From the NCBI GenBank assembly GCA_964354495.1, contig CAYHAA010000002.1:80234-144233 (forward strand): a stretch of DNA of 64,000 bases, in the 5' to 3' direction. How positions within the stretch are numbered: position 1 is the first letter of the stretch; every line of letters begins with the position of its first letter. The stretch comes from an uncultured archaeon. GTDB lineage: Archaea > Asgardarchaeota > Thorarchaeia > Thorarchaeales > Thorarchaeaceae. The notes under the pieces were generated by a model. The model did no database searches. It saw only the letters and a list, made by a program, of their open reading frames with translations, and had not been told where the DNA came from. The position numbers and the translations under genes were made by a program. Below, piece by piece: positions 10,403 through 19,361 of the stretch.

Positions 10403-11824
10403 ATGGAAAGATATGACCTGATCGTCATTGGCTCGGGAGCTGGAATGAACGTCGCCTCTGCGGCTTATGAAAAAGGCTTACGCGTTGCAATAGTTGAGAA
10501 TGGGCCGATGGGAGGAACCTGTCTTAATCGAGGATGCATACCTACAAAGATCCTCACGTATGTTACAGATGTCATTACGGAGGCGAAGCACCTCGAGTCA
10601 CTTGGCGTCAAGCTTCAGGTTGAAAATATTGATTATTCCTGGATCATGAAACGGATGAGAGAAGAGGTCGACACTTCCAGCCATCAGCAGGGACAATCTG
10701 TTGACGAAGCAGAGGGAATTGATTGGTACAAAGGCATAGGGCAATTCACAGACGACTACACGATGGAAATCAATGGTAAGAGAATAAGGTCCCCCAATAT
10801 CGTCATTGCTGCCGGTGCGAGACCGGACATTCCTAAAATCAAAGGTCTCGACGAGGTGGAGTACCTCGTGGAAGATGATGCACTTCATCTCATGGAAAAG
10901 CCAAAGTCCATGATTATCATCGGTGGAGGGTACATAGCTGCTGAATTCGGGCACTTCTTTTCCGCCGTTGGAGTAGCTGTAACAATCATAGGCAGAAATT
11001 CCCACCTGGTCAGGAATGAAGATAATGATGTATCTGAGGTCCTGCGAGAAGAGCTCTCAAAGAGGATGAACATCCTTGTGAATCACGAGGTCATAGAAGT
11101 CAAGCAAGATGGACAACAAAAGATGGCCTGGGCACGCGATTGTGACACCGGCGAGGTCAAAGAGTTTAGGGGAGGGGCACTCCTAATTGCTGCAGGCAGA
11201 CGCTCCAATGCAGACGTGTTCAAACCGGAGAAAACAGGAGTGAAGGTGGACGAGCAGGAGTGGGTCATTGTTGATGACTATTTCAGGACAAGCAAGAAGG
11301 GAATCTGGGCGTTTGGGGACGCCATCGGACGCTATCAGTTCCGACACGTCGCAAATGCCGAGTCAGACATTGTATGGTCCAATCTGTCAGAAGTCATGAG
11401 CAATGGCAAAGACGCCGAACTTCTTACAATGGACTATCATGCTGTTCCGAGAGCTGTGTTCTCATATCCTCCAATTGCGACCGTGGGCATGACACTAAGA
11501 GAGGCAAAAGAGTCGGGGCATCAATTATTGGTTGGACAGGGGGACTACTCTATAGCAGCAAAGGGATTCGCCATGGGGAATCCACCAAGTCTGGTCAGGG
11601 TCATTGTGGATGCTGAGAGTAGGAGAATCCTTGGAGCAAGCATCGTCGGGCCTGATGCGCCAGTGTTGATCCAAGAGATTGCGAACCTCATGTACACTCA
11701 AGATGGCAGCTTCTACCCAATGCTTCAGGCAATGCATATTCACCCGTCACTCAGTGAGGTCGTTCAGAGAACCTTCGGAAGATTGGCGCCGCCGGACCAT
11801 GTACACGGACATCATCATCAATAG
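10403..11824 (+). CDS. Class I FAD-dependent pyridine nucleotide-disulfide oxidoreductase (dihydrolipoyl dehydrogenase-like)
   Basis: FAD motif LIVIGSGAGM, redox-active disulfide GGTCLNRGCIPTK, an NAD-binding GGGYIA motif and a C-terminal HIHPSLSE His-Glu dyad. The tail is an unusual His-rich HVHGHHHQ. Confidence 0.65.
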   Translation: MERYDLIVIGSGAGMNVASAAYEKGLRVAIVENGPMGGTCLNRGCIPTKILTYVTDVITEAKHLESLGVKLQVENIDYSWIMKRMREEVDTSSHQQGQSVDEAEGIDWYKGIGQFTDDYTMEINGKRIRSPNIVIAAGARPDIPKIKGLDEVEYLVEDDALHLMEKPKSMIIIGGGYIAAEFGHFFSAVGVAVTIIGRNSHLVRNEDNDVSEVLREELSKRMNILVNHEVIEVKQDGQQKMAWARDCDTGEVKEFRGGALLIAAGRRSNADVFKPEKTGVKVDEQEWVIVDDYFRTSKKGIWAFGDAIGRYQFRHVANAESDIVWSNLSEVMSNGKDAELLTMDYHAVPRAVFSYPPIATVGMTLREAKESGHQLLVGQGDYSIAAKGFAMGNPPSLVRVIVDAESRRILGASIVGPDAPVLIQEIANLMYTQDGSFYPMLQAMHIHPSLSEVVQRTFGRLAPPDHVHGHHHQ

Positions 11825-11994
11825 TCTCGATGGTATGGCGGGTCATTCTACATAGGAGAATGACACTCTCTGAAGAGATTCGTACTCACGAAGTGAATCC
11901 TGCATCATTTACTGTCTGATTTAGAGTCGAAAGACAATATAGTCTGTTTGCTTAACAAGAACGCTGTAGTAGCTACTCTGGACGGAATTAGAAA

Positions 11995-12858
11995 ATGTGC
12001 GAGTGGTGTTTCAAGCACGGAGCTGGAAAAAGATGGTACCTTAACTCCAAGAATTACCTGGAGCAGACAGCACGGGAAACAAATGCTCACGAATATATTT
12101 TCGAGCTCTGGAAGCAATTCGAGAAGATCTATCTCCAGAAGATCTATGGCATCTCAATGAAAGGACCGGGATACAAGTTCAGCACGCCCATTGTTGGCAG
12201 AGCATTGAAAGGCTATGTGAATTCATGGTTCCGCAAGGAGAAGGGAATACGCAACCCCCGGCGTGGCGAAGGGCATCCCGGTCAAGTTGTGACTCTAGAA
12301 GATGCCAAGAAGATACTTGAAATTGCCAGTCCAGTCTTGAAGGTCAATTGTGCGTGTCGACAGATGAGCCGTGGAATCCAGGATCCATGCTGTCTCACAT
12401 TTGGAGCCCTTGCCGAGGAGGTTCCGAAGCTGCCAAGATTCATTCCTGAACGGGGGGCGGAGTGGCTTCATGTGGATGAGGCTCAAGACTTCGTTGAAAC
12501 TATGAACAGATCCGGTCGTGTAAACACGGTCTGGTTTGGACCTATTCCATACATCGCGGCTCTCTGCAGCTGCGAGAGACCGGAGTGCGCTGCAGCTAGG
12601 ATCAGAATGGAGTATGGCCTCAAGTTCTTGTACAAGGGCGAATACGTCGCCCAAGTCAATTTCGAGAAATGCAACGGGTGCGCAGTCTGTAATTCTCGTT
12701 GTCAATTTGGTGCTCTGACATTTAACAGCTTGATGAATGCGCCATATATTGATGCTAGGCGGTGCTTCGGATGCAGTCTGTGTGCTACTGCGTGTCCTGA
12801 GAACGCCATTCAGATGGTGGACAGAAATGAGAATCCTGTCCTGAAGGATGTGTGGTAG
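11995..12858 (+). CDS. Fe-S protein: uncharacterised Cys-rich N-terminal domain plus C-terminal 2x[4Fe-4S] ferredoxin domain
   Basis: Two CxxCxxCxxxCP-type motifs (CNGCAVCNSRC, CFGCSLCATACPEN) at the C-terminus. The N-terminal domain carries a CEWC pair, CACRQ, CC and CSCERPEC motifs; I do not recognise its family. Confidence 0.5.
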   Translation: MCEWCFKHGAGKRWYLNSKNYLEQTARETNAHEYIFELWKQFEKIYLQKIYGISMKGPGYKFSTPIVGRALKGYVNSWFRKEKGIRNPRRGEGHPGQVVTLEDAKKILEIASPVLKVNCACRQMSRGIQDPCCLTFGALAEEVPKLPRFIPERGAEWLHVDEAQDFVETMNRSGRVNTVWFGPIPYIAALCSCERPECAAARIRMEYGLKFLYKGEYVAQVNFEKCNGCAVCNSRCQFGALTFNSLMNAPYIDARRCFGCSLCATACPENAIQMVDRNENPVLKDVW

Positions 12859-13080
12859 ATGAAGACGAAGATTGTAGTTGACTACGACAAATGCAAGGAC
12901 CCCCGAGTGTGCAAGAAGTGCCTCCAAATCTGTCCTCCAGCCATCTTCATCCTGTACTCTCCAGACTACATCAACAATGATCCTACTGATTGGAGGGTAG
13001 ACGTGGCATTCACAGATCTCTGCACGAGATGCAATCAATGTGTTAATGTCTGCCCCTTAGATGCTATCACAATCAAGTAA
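12859..13080 (+). CDS. Small dicluster 4Fe-4S ferredoxin
   Basis: CKKCLQICP and CTRCNQCVNVCP motifs at 73 aa. Its ATG immediately follows the stop of the upstream Fe-S gene. Confidence 0.55.
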   Translation: MKTKIVVDYDKCKDPRVCKKCLQICPPAIFILYSPDYINNDPTDWRVDVAFTDLCTRCNQCVNVCPLDAITIK

Positions 13081-13220
13081 TGCGCTGACGTTCAGCTAGA
13101 CTGTTTTGGCAGAAAAAGCGAATCTATTTCAGTGAGTTTTACGTACAGATTTCCTGAATCTTAGGATTCATATGAACGGAGGTAAAAAAACTGGCCGAAT
13201 CAGGCGGAAAAACCGTAATA

Positions 13221-13979
13221 ATGGCAGCAATGCTGATAGTTGGTATAATTGTCGGCTTTGGGATTGGATACTTCGCACCGTCATTGGTTGCATCTGATGA
13301 TTACGATGTGATCATGGCGCGAGGTTCAATCATTGTAGGAACTAACTCAGGATGGCCACCATTTGAGATGGTCAATACAACTACTGACCAATTAGAAGGA
13401 TTCGATATAGATCTAGGAGAAATGGTCGGTGACTATCTTGGAGTAAATGTAACATGGATTGATATGGACTTTGACTCGCTCGTAGCTGCATGTCAAGGAG
13501 GAACAATCGATATGATTGCCTCTGCGACATTCATAACTCCAGAACGTTGTGCAGTCCTTCAACCAGTGACATGGTATATCAGAACAAATGAGGTCATCGT
13601 TGTCAAGAGCAGTTCGAACTTTACAATGGATAATCTCACGGACCTCGTCGGAATGGACGTTGGTGTTCAGACAGGAACAGTCGAAGATGAAGAGCTATCA
13701 GACATAGCTGGTATCGTTCTACACAGGTATCAATATGTCGAAACAATGTTTGCAGACATGGACGCAGGTGCTCTAGATGCTGTATACGTAGACGAGCCAA
13801 TTGTCGGTATCTATGGAGGTCTCTATAGCATCAAGATAATCTTCACAGTGACTGCTCCACCGACTGCATTCTACATCAGATATGGCAGTGACAGGCTTTC
13901 GGCTGCAATCAACAGTGCTATTGCTGAAGGATTTGCAGATGGCACTGTAGATGCACTCATTGCCAAGTGGTTCGGTTGA
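13221..13979 (+). CDS. ABC transporter substrate-binding protein, polar amino-acid (family 3) type
   Basis: N-terminal signal anchor. The blocks GFDIDL, TIDMIASATFITPER and a VDA/YVDEP segment match the SBP_bac_3 fold. It is first in a 4-gene ABC operon. Confidence 0.65.
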   Translation: MAAMLIVGIIVGFGIGYFAPSLVASDDYDVIMARGSIIVGTNSGWPPFEMVNTTTDQLEGFDIDLGEMVGDYLGVNVTWIDMDFDSLVAACQGGTIDMIASATFITPERCAVLQPVTWYIRTNEVIVVKSSSNFTMDNLTDLVGMDVGVQTGTVEDEELSDIAGIVLHRYQYVETMFADMDAGALDAVYVDEPIVGIYGGLYSIKIIFTVTAPPTAFYIRYGSDRLSAAINSAIAEGFADGTVDALIAKWFG

Positions 13980-14688
13980 AAGGTGGCAACGAATGCAAGA
14001 GTCACAGGGTCTTTTTGACATACTTGTATTGATCATGATACGAGGGCTCCCGATGACTCTTGCTCTCACTCTTTTTGCGCTGGCTATTGGTTTCGTGATT
14101 GGAATCGTACTAGCTGTAGTACGCGTATACGCCCCGAGAGAGTTACAATGGATCGCTCAAGGGTACGAAAAGACGCTTAGAGGGATTCCACTTTTGGTCC
14201 TTCTGATGATTTTTGGAATTGGATTGTCAAGGCTATTCATGTGGGCAGGACCCGGAGAAGGCGCATTGTTCGTTGGTGCAGTGGTTGCGCTTGCACTGAG
14301 AAGTGGTGCCTATCAATCAGAGATTTTCCGTGGAGCAATTATGTCTGTCGATCTCGGGCAGATGATGGCTGCCCAGTCATTAGGGATGACAAGCACTCAA
14401 TCTACACTGCACATAGTTCTTCCACAAGCAATTCGATTGTCTTTGCCAGGATGGGCAAACGAATATGCCGTAATTATCAAAGACTCATCGCTAGCTGTAG
14501 CGATTGGTGTACAAGAGATAATCTATCAGAGTGATGCCTTTCGATGGGTATACCCGGAGCTATTCTTTGGAATCATTTTGGTGGTCGCGTTGATTTACTT
14601 TATGTTTACATATCCAGTCACGAAGTATATGGGAGAGGCTATGACAAAGAAACTTAGACGGCTTGGTCTTGGCGGAGGCAAACAATGA
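13951..14688 (+). CDS. ABC amino-acid permease (His/Gln/Glu family)
   Basis: Polytopic protein with an EAA-like loop [32 protein letters not shown]. The likely start is the internal ATG at 13993. Confidence 0.7.
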   Translation: MHSLPSGSVERWQRMQESQGLFDILVLIMIRGLPMTLALTLFALAIGFVIGIVLAVVRVYAPRELQWIAQGYEKTLRGIPLLVLLMIFGIGLSRLFMWAGPGEGALFVGAVVALALRSGAYQSEIFRGAIMSVDLGQMMAAQSLGMTSTQSTLHIVLPQAIRLSLPGWANEYAVIIKDSSLAVAIGVQEIIYQSDAFRWVYPELFFGIILVVALIYFMFTYPVTKYMGEAMTKKLRRLGLGGGKQ

Positions 14689-15455
14689 CAGTAGTTCTTA
14701 AAATTCGAGATGTCTGGAAAGCTTATGACAAACAGGAGGTGCTCAAGGGAATCTCATTCGAAGTTGCGGAAAGAGAGGTGAAGGTTGTCTTTGGCCCAAG
14801 TGGATCCGGAAAGAGCACTCTGCTCAGAGTCATCAATATGCTCACACCCCCTGATGAGGGAGAAGTGCTGCTCCGCGGAAAGAGTCTGATGGATCCAAAA
14901 GCTAATCTTTGCGAGATGCGCTCACACATTGGCTTTGTTTTCCAGAACTTCAACCTATTCGCTCATCTTCGAGCACTAGATAATGTCAGCATTGGGCCTC
15001 GTCTTGTTCTCGGAATGACGAAGGAGGAAGCTCAGGAAGTCGCGAACAAAGCATTGGCGAAGGTGAAGATGGAAGATTGTTGTAGCCATTACCCTGCAGA
15101 ACTAAGTGGAGGTCAGCAACAGCGGGTTGGCATCGCACGCTCGCTGGCCATGAATCCTGATGTGATTCTATTTGATGAGCCAACTAGCGCACTGGACCCA
15201 GAGCTGATAGGCGAGGTATTGCAGGTCATGCTAGATCTCGCAAAGGAAGGCACAACAATGATTGTTGTGACTCATGAAATGGGCTTTGCGCGTGCTGTTT
15301 CAGATGAAATGCTCTTCATGGACGGAGGAGTCATTGCAGAAAGGGGAACCCCGCAACACTTCTTCACGAACCCGGAAACAGACCGAGCAAAGCGGTTCCT
15401 GCATAGACTTGAGGTGCTTTATGGACAAGCCGAGTCTGGAAAGGACTCTGAATGA
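14685..15455 (+). CDS. ABC transporter ATP-binding protein (polar amino-acid importer, GlnQ-like)
   Basis: Walker [13 protein letters not shown] signature LSGGQQQRV, Walker [12 protein letters not shown] and an H-loop THEMGFA. An ATGA start/stop overlap with the upstream permease indicates translational coupling. Confidence 0.85.
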   Translation: MTVVLKIRDVWKAYDKQEVLKGISFEVAEREVKVVFGPSGSGKSTLLRVINMLTPPDEGEVLLRGKSLMDPKANLCEMRSHIGFVFQNFNLFAHLRALDNVSIGPRLVLGMTKEEAQEVANKALAKVKMEDCCSHYPAELSGGQQQRVGIARSLAMNPDVILFDEPTSALDPELIGEVLQVMLDLAKEGTTMIVVTHEMGFARAVSDEMLFMDGGVIAERGTPQHFFTNPETDRAKRFLHRLEVLYGQAESGKDSE

Positions 15456-16234
15456 TTGGAGGAATCTTGCTGACGACAAGCATGTCATCTACATTCTTCA
15501 TGGCTCTTCAACTAGAGCCGTATTATGATGACCTATTCGCTGGATTCCTCATGTCCATGGGTCTGTATATTTTCGGCATTCTCCTAGGTCTCGGTCTCGG
15601 CATCTTCTTTGCTGTTGTTCGGCATTTTGGCGGTCCACTCACCTCTAGAATTGCTACGGTCTATATCGAGTTTTTTAGAGGCACCCCGCTAATCGCCCAG
15701 ATATTGCTTGTTGTCTATATGCCACCAGCACTAAATGCATGGTTGGAAGCAATGGGCTGGCAGACAATCGATTTCAACTGGCAAGTGGTCATTCCTGATT
15801 TAGGGGGCACATTGAGAATTGTCTTCTCTGCCAGAATTCTCTTATGTGCAATTGTATTGGGTTTGAACAGCGCAGCATATCAAGCTGAGTTCATCCGTAG
15901 TTCGATGGCGTCCATATCAGCCGGACAGTCGCTGGCTGCCATCTCCATTGGGATGACAAGAAGACAAGAAATCAGATATATTATGCTCCCGCAGAGTCTC
16001 AGGCGCGCAATCCCAGCATGGTCGAATGAAGCAGTGTATCTCCCACAGTATACAACTGTTTGTTTCATTGTCGGAGTGGAGGAATTCTTCGCAATGGCAA
16101 GATTAGTCTCTACACGTACTTACCTGGTTCTTCCTGTTTACGCGCTGACTGCTGTTATATTCCTCATTCTAGTGAGTGCAATATCCTTCCTATTGAACCG
16201 CTTCTATGACCGAGTAAAGATTCCAGGAATCTAG
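15452..16234 (+). CDS. ABC amino-acid permease (second transmembrane subunit)
   Basis: Polytopic protein with an EAA-like loop [30 protein letters not shown]. An ATGA overlap with the ATPase gene indicates translational coupling. Confidence 0.7.
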   Translation: MIGGILLTTSMSSTFFMALQLEPYYDDLFAGFLMSMGLYIFGILLGLGLGIFFAVVRHFGGPLTSRIATVYIEFFRGTPLIAQILLVVYMPPALNAWLEAMGWQTIDFNWQVVIPDLGGTLRIVFSARILLCAIVLGLNSAAYQAEFIRSSMASISAGQSLAAISIGMTRRQEIRYIMLPQSLRRAIPAWSNEAVYLPQYTTVCFIVGVEEFFAMARLVSTRTYLVLPVYALTAVIFLILVSAISFLLNRFYDRVKIPGI

Positions 16235-16269
16235 TCAGTGAGGACCAATCGCTCGTTTATCCTTCATAT

Positions 16270-17415
16270 TCATGTCAGTCTATCGACTAATTCACTAAGA
16301 TCCAGAATCTCCAAGGAATCGTCAGACTGAGCATCACTAAGTCCTCGTTTACAGAATGGGCATCCGGACACCAGAACACTAGCTCCAGTGCTTTTTGCAT
16401 GGTTCATGCGAATCTTTGCAGTCTCGAGGCTCCAATCAGGGTATGCAGACTTGCAGCCACCTCCTGCTCCGCAACACCAAGCATTCTCGCGTATTCCATC
16501 TTCAGCACTGATTTCCCTGAATGTAATAGGGAGTTGTCCTAAGACATCTCTTGGAGCATCATACTCGTTCATATGCCTTCCAAGGTGACACGGATCATGA
16601 TATGTCACTTGTAAGGGGTTAGGAATTGAGTGAGTTGCCAATCGACCACTCCGAAGAAGTTCCCTGATATACTGCGAGATGTGCATGATTTCCGCATTCA
16701 ATTTAATGCCCATCTTGGGATAATCCCGGGCAAGTGTTCTATAGCATCCCGAACAGGATGTGACAACCCTTTGAGCGCCCGTCGCTTCGATTACTTCTTG
16801 GTTGTGTTCAGCCAGCGCACTGGTCAACGAGAGCTGCCCAGTCCGGAGTAAGGGCGACCCACAGCAATACTCGTCTACGATCGTAAAATCGACTCCGGCC
16901 TTTTTGAGAAGAGAGATTGTTGAGTCACGTATTTCTTCTTCACGATAATTGGATGTGCAGCCAACGAAATAGACCACCGATGCGCTCAGAGGAAGATTGT
17001 GAGCCCTTGTCAATGCTCTTGAATGGTGAGGTGCACCGTAGGGATTGTGATTCTCACTAATTCGCTCGGCAAATTTCCTGTGCTCAGGAAGTGGACCCAG
17101 TTCCTTCACAGCAAGAGCTCTTAGTTCCTCAATGACATCTAAGATATTCTGTCGCTGGGGTGCCAAACACTGTACTTCACAAGCGCCGCATGTCGTACAG
17201 GCAAAGATGGGATCCAGCAGCGATGCATCCCACTCTAGCTCGCCTTTCTGAATTCCATGTGCTATCCACAACCTACCGGATGCAAAGTAGGTTTCAAAAC
17301 TGAATGACTCGCCTGAGGGACATGAAGGACTGTATTCCTTGAAGGTATACTTGCAGTTTCCACAGCGGATGCAACTATGGAGCCACTCCTCAATTGCAGT
17401 TGGCAGAGTGGTCAT
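16270..17415 (-). CDS. (Fe-S)-binding oxidoreductase subunit with two 4Fe-4S motifs and two CCG domains (GlcF / heterodisulfide-reductase-like)
   Basis: CIRCGNCKYTF...CP and CTTCGACEVQC cluster motifs. There are two CCG-type Cys-rich domains (VGCTSN...CCGSP and CCGAGGGC). The start overlaps the stop of the FAD oxidase gene. Confidence 0.65.
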   Translation of the reverse strand: MTTLPTAIEEWLHSCIRCGNCKYTFKEYSPSCPSGESFSFETYFASGRLWIAHGIQKGELEWDASLLDPIFACTTCGACEVQCLAPQRQNILDVIEELRALAVKELGPLPEHRKFAERISENHNPYGAPHHSRALTRAHNLPLSASVVYFVGCTSNYREEEIRDSTISLLKKAGVDFTIVDEYCCGSPLLRTGQLSLTSALAEHNQEVIEATGAQRVVTSCSGCYRTLARDYPKMGIKLNAEIMHISQYIRELLRSGRLATHSIPNPLQVTYHDPCHLGRHMNEYDAPRDVLGQLPITFREISAEDGIRENAWCCGAGGGCKSAYPDWSLETAKIRMNHAKSTGASVLVSGCPFCKRGLSDAQSDDSLEILDLSELVDRLT

Positions 17416-18836
17416 AGGCCAAGCCTCCCGGGATTCATGATATTGTTCGGGTCTAATAGCTTCTTCAGGTCTCTCAGAAGTTTGAAGAAGGCGGGATCAG
17501 CGAACTGCCGTAGTCTTCTTGCTGACCATACGGGAGTCTTGTAGGGAATCGCCTTGAGCTCCAAGGCAAGGTCAAGAAGTTCCTCGTTACATCGACGTAC
17601 ACGTTCAAGAGTTGCAGGATCCTTTGGAAACCTGATGATGAATTTTAACTCTGCAAAATGAAGCATGTGCATGGGTTTGAGAAAGGACATCAACTCGAAA
17701 CCATACTTCTCAACAATCTTTCTCCCGCCCTCCAGAGCAGCTCCCCAGTTTTTGGGATGGATATATGTTCCTACCCAGGTAAGCCCATCATGTTGGGCGA
17801 GCACTTTGAACGCATCGGAAGGAAAATCAATCCAGGCATTCGCCTGTTCACCCATCAGTTTTGTGACCGTTCCCCAATCGATGAGGAGATTTCGTGGTTC
17901 GTCCTTCTTGGAGAGCTCAACAAGATGCTCTAGCTGTCTATACTTCTCATTCAATTCGATTTCCGAATTCGCAGATAGAATGAGGACAGTACCGTAGTCT
18001 GGTTCTCCTCGGTGGGGTTTCACTGGTGGTGCGACGCCCATTAGCATCTTTACAATAGAGAGCGACTGGCAATCAGCATCTTCAATGATACCCTCCCGGA
18101 CAATCCTCTTGAGCAGATCTGTTGTCTGATGTTCTCCAAAGGTGAATAGAGCTGCATAGGCAATTGCCTTCTTCTTCGGCCAGAGCTTGAGTGAAATCTT
18201 CGTTACAATGCCAGTCATTCCTTGCCAGCCAGAAAAGAGACCAACCAAATCTGGAAGAGGATATCTTCCAAACCAATTCCCTTCTCCCATGATTCCAGAA
18301 CCAACACGGACTATGTCGCCATTTGGCAGTACTGCCTCAAGTCCATTGATGAAATCGGACATCGCGCCATGCGTTGTCGAGAGATCACAGAGTCCTTGGA
18401 GTAGCGCGTTCGCCATGACCGAAGTGAAGGGTGGTGCGAGTGGGTACGTGTATCGTAGTGTTGGATAGTGCTTGCTTAGATGTTTCTTGACATCGCCAAA
18501 GGTCACGCCTGGCTCCACGAGCATGTACATCGCTTCCTCATCCACTTCCAGAATTCTATCCATGCGCTTGAGATCTACAATGACTGCTCCTTCGACCTGT
18601 GGTATCGTCAGACCTCCAACACTCTGTCCTGTGACAAAGGGAACCAGAGGCGTTCGGGTCTCATTGGCGAGCCTGATTATTTTCTGAACTTCCTCAACAG
18701 TCGAAGGCATCACAACCATCAGGGGTTCTTTAGAGAGATTCTCTGTCATGTCAAATGAATAGACGTACCGTTCCCCAGCTCCATCAGCAACGTGTTGTTC
18801 CCCAACGATCTGTTGAAACTGCGATTTCAGGTTCAT
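17412..18836 (-). CDS. FAD-linked oxidase (GlcD / D-lactate dehydrogenase family)
   Basis: FAD_binding_4-type N-terminal half with PFVTGQSVGGLTIP and a C-terminal FAD-oxidase_C-like half. It is co-transcribed with the Fe-S subunit. Confidence 0.7.
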   Translation of the reverse strand: MNLKSQFQQIVGEQHVADGAGERYVYSFDMTENLSKEPLMVVMPSTVEEVQKIIRLANETRTPLVPFVTGQSVGGLTIPQVEGAVIVDLKRMDRILEVDEEAMYMLVEPGVTFGDVKKHLSKHYPTLRYTYPLAPPFTSVMANALLQGLCDLSTTHGAMSDFINGLEAVLPNGDIVRVGSGIMGEGNWFGRYPLPDLVGLFSGWQGMTGIVTKISLKLWPKKKAIAYAALFTFGEHQTTDLLKRIVREGIIEDADCQSLSIVKMLMGVAPPVKPHRGEPDYGTVLILSANSEIELNEKYRQLEHLVELSKKDEPRNLLIDWGTVTKLMGEQANAWIDFPSDAFKVLAQHDGLTWVGTYIHPKNWGAALEGGRKIVEKYGFELMSFLKPMHMLHFAELKFIIRFPKDPATLERVRRCNEELLDLALELKAIPYKTPVWSARRLRQFADPAFFKLLRDLKKLLDPNNIMNPGRLGL

Positions 18837-18840
18837 TGGA

Positions 18841-19236
18841 CTATTCTCCCAACATCGAAACCATCAATCGGTAAAACCTGAGCATCGAGAGTGGGTGTCT
18901 TAGCAGACCACGAGTTTTGATTGTCCGCCCGAGAACAGCTCTTATCATTGAGGTTTCACCCCTAAAGAGACCAATGATTGTATTGAACTTCATAGAGAGT
19001 ACGATAGTCGGGTCATCAATATAATCAGCCACAATCTCAATCTGGTCACTGAAGACTATTGAGATGGGGTAGTAGTCAGTGTCCAAAACAACCGACATCC
19101 TCCAGCTTCCCACCTTGCGTCGCACCGATTCATTTTCTAACTGGCGATTTAGGAGCTTTCCGAGAAGGTTGCCAATGAAATCACTTGGCTCATGGAGCAT
19201 TGGAATCGACCTCAACTCGGAGTGACCACAAACCAC
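18841..19236 (-). CDS. SCP2 sterol-carrier-like small protein
   Basis: 131 aa with an alpha/beta pattern and an IIGLFRGE..MIRAVLGRTIKTRG segment reminiscent of SCP2. It sits 4 bp downstream of the FAD oxidase on the same strand. Confidence 0.35.
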   Translation of the reverse strand: MVCGHSELRSIPMLHEPSDFIGNLLGKLLNRQLENESVRRKVGSWRMSVVLDTDYYPISIVFSDQIEIVADYIDDPTIVLSMKFNTIIGLFRGETSMIRAVLGRTIKTRGLLRHPLSMLRFYRLMVSMLGE

Positions 19237-19361
19237 CTCTTGAAGTTGCTCATTCTCTAGAGTCCAGAATAGCAGCTACGAGAGTGTATCAGTGGTTCTA
19301 GAGCATTCTTGAAGAGAGCTCGTCAAAAGCACGATACCCGCAAGTGGTATAAAGAGATACT

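Noticed and set aside
13951-13992. Apparent 29-bp overlap between the SBP gene and the first permease gene
   Set aside because: This is probably an artefact of taking the longest ORF. The internal ATG at 13993 gives a conventional non-overlapping start, so it was not treated as a programmed overlap.
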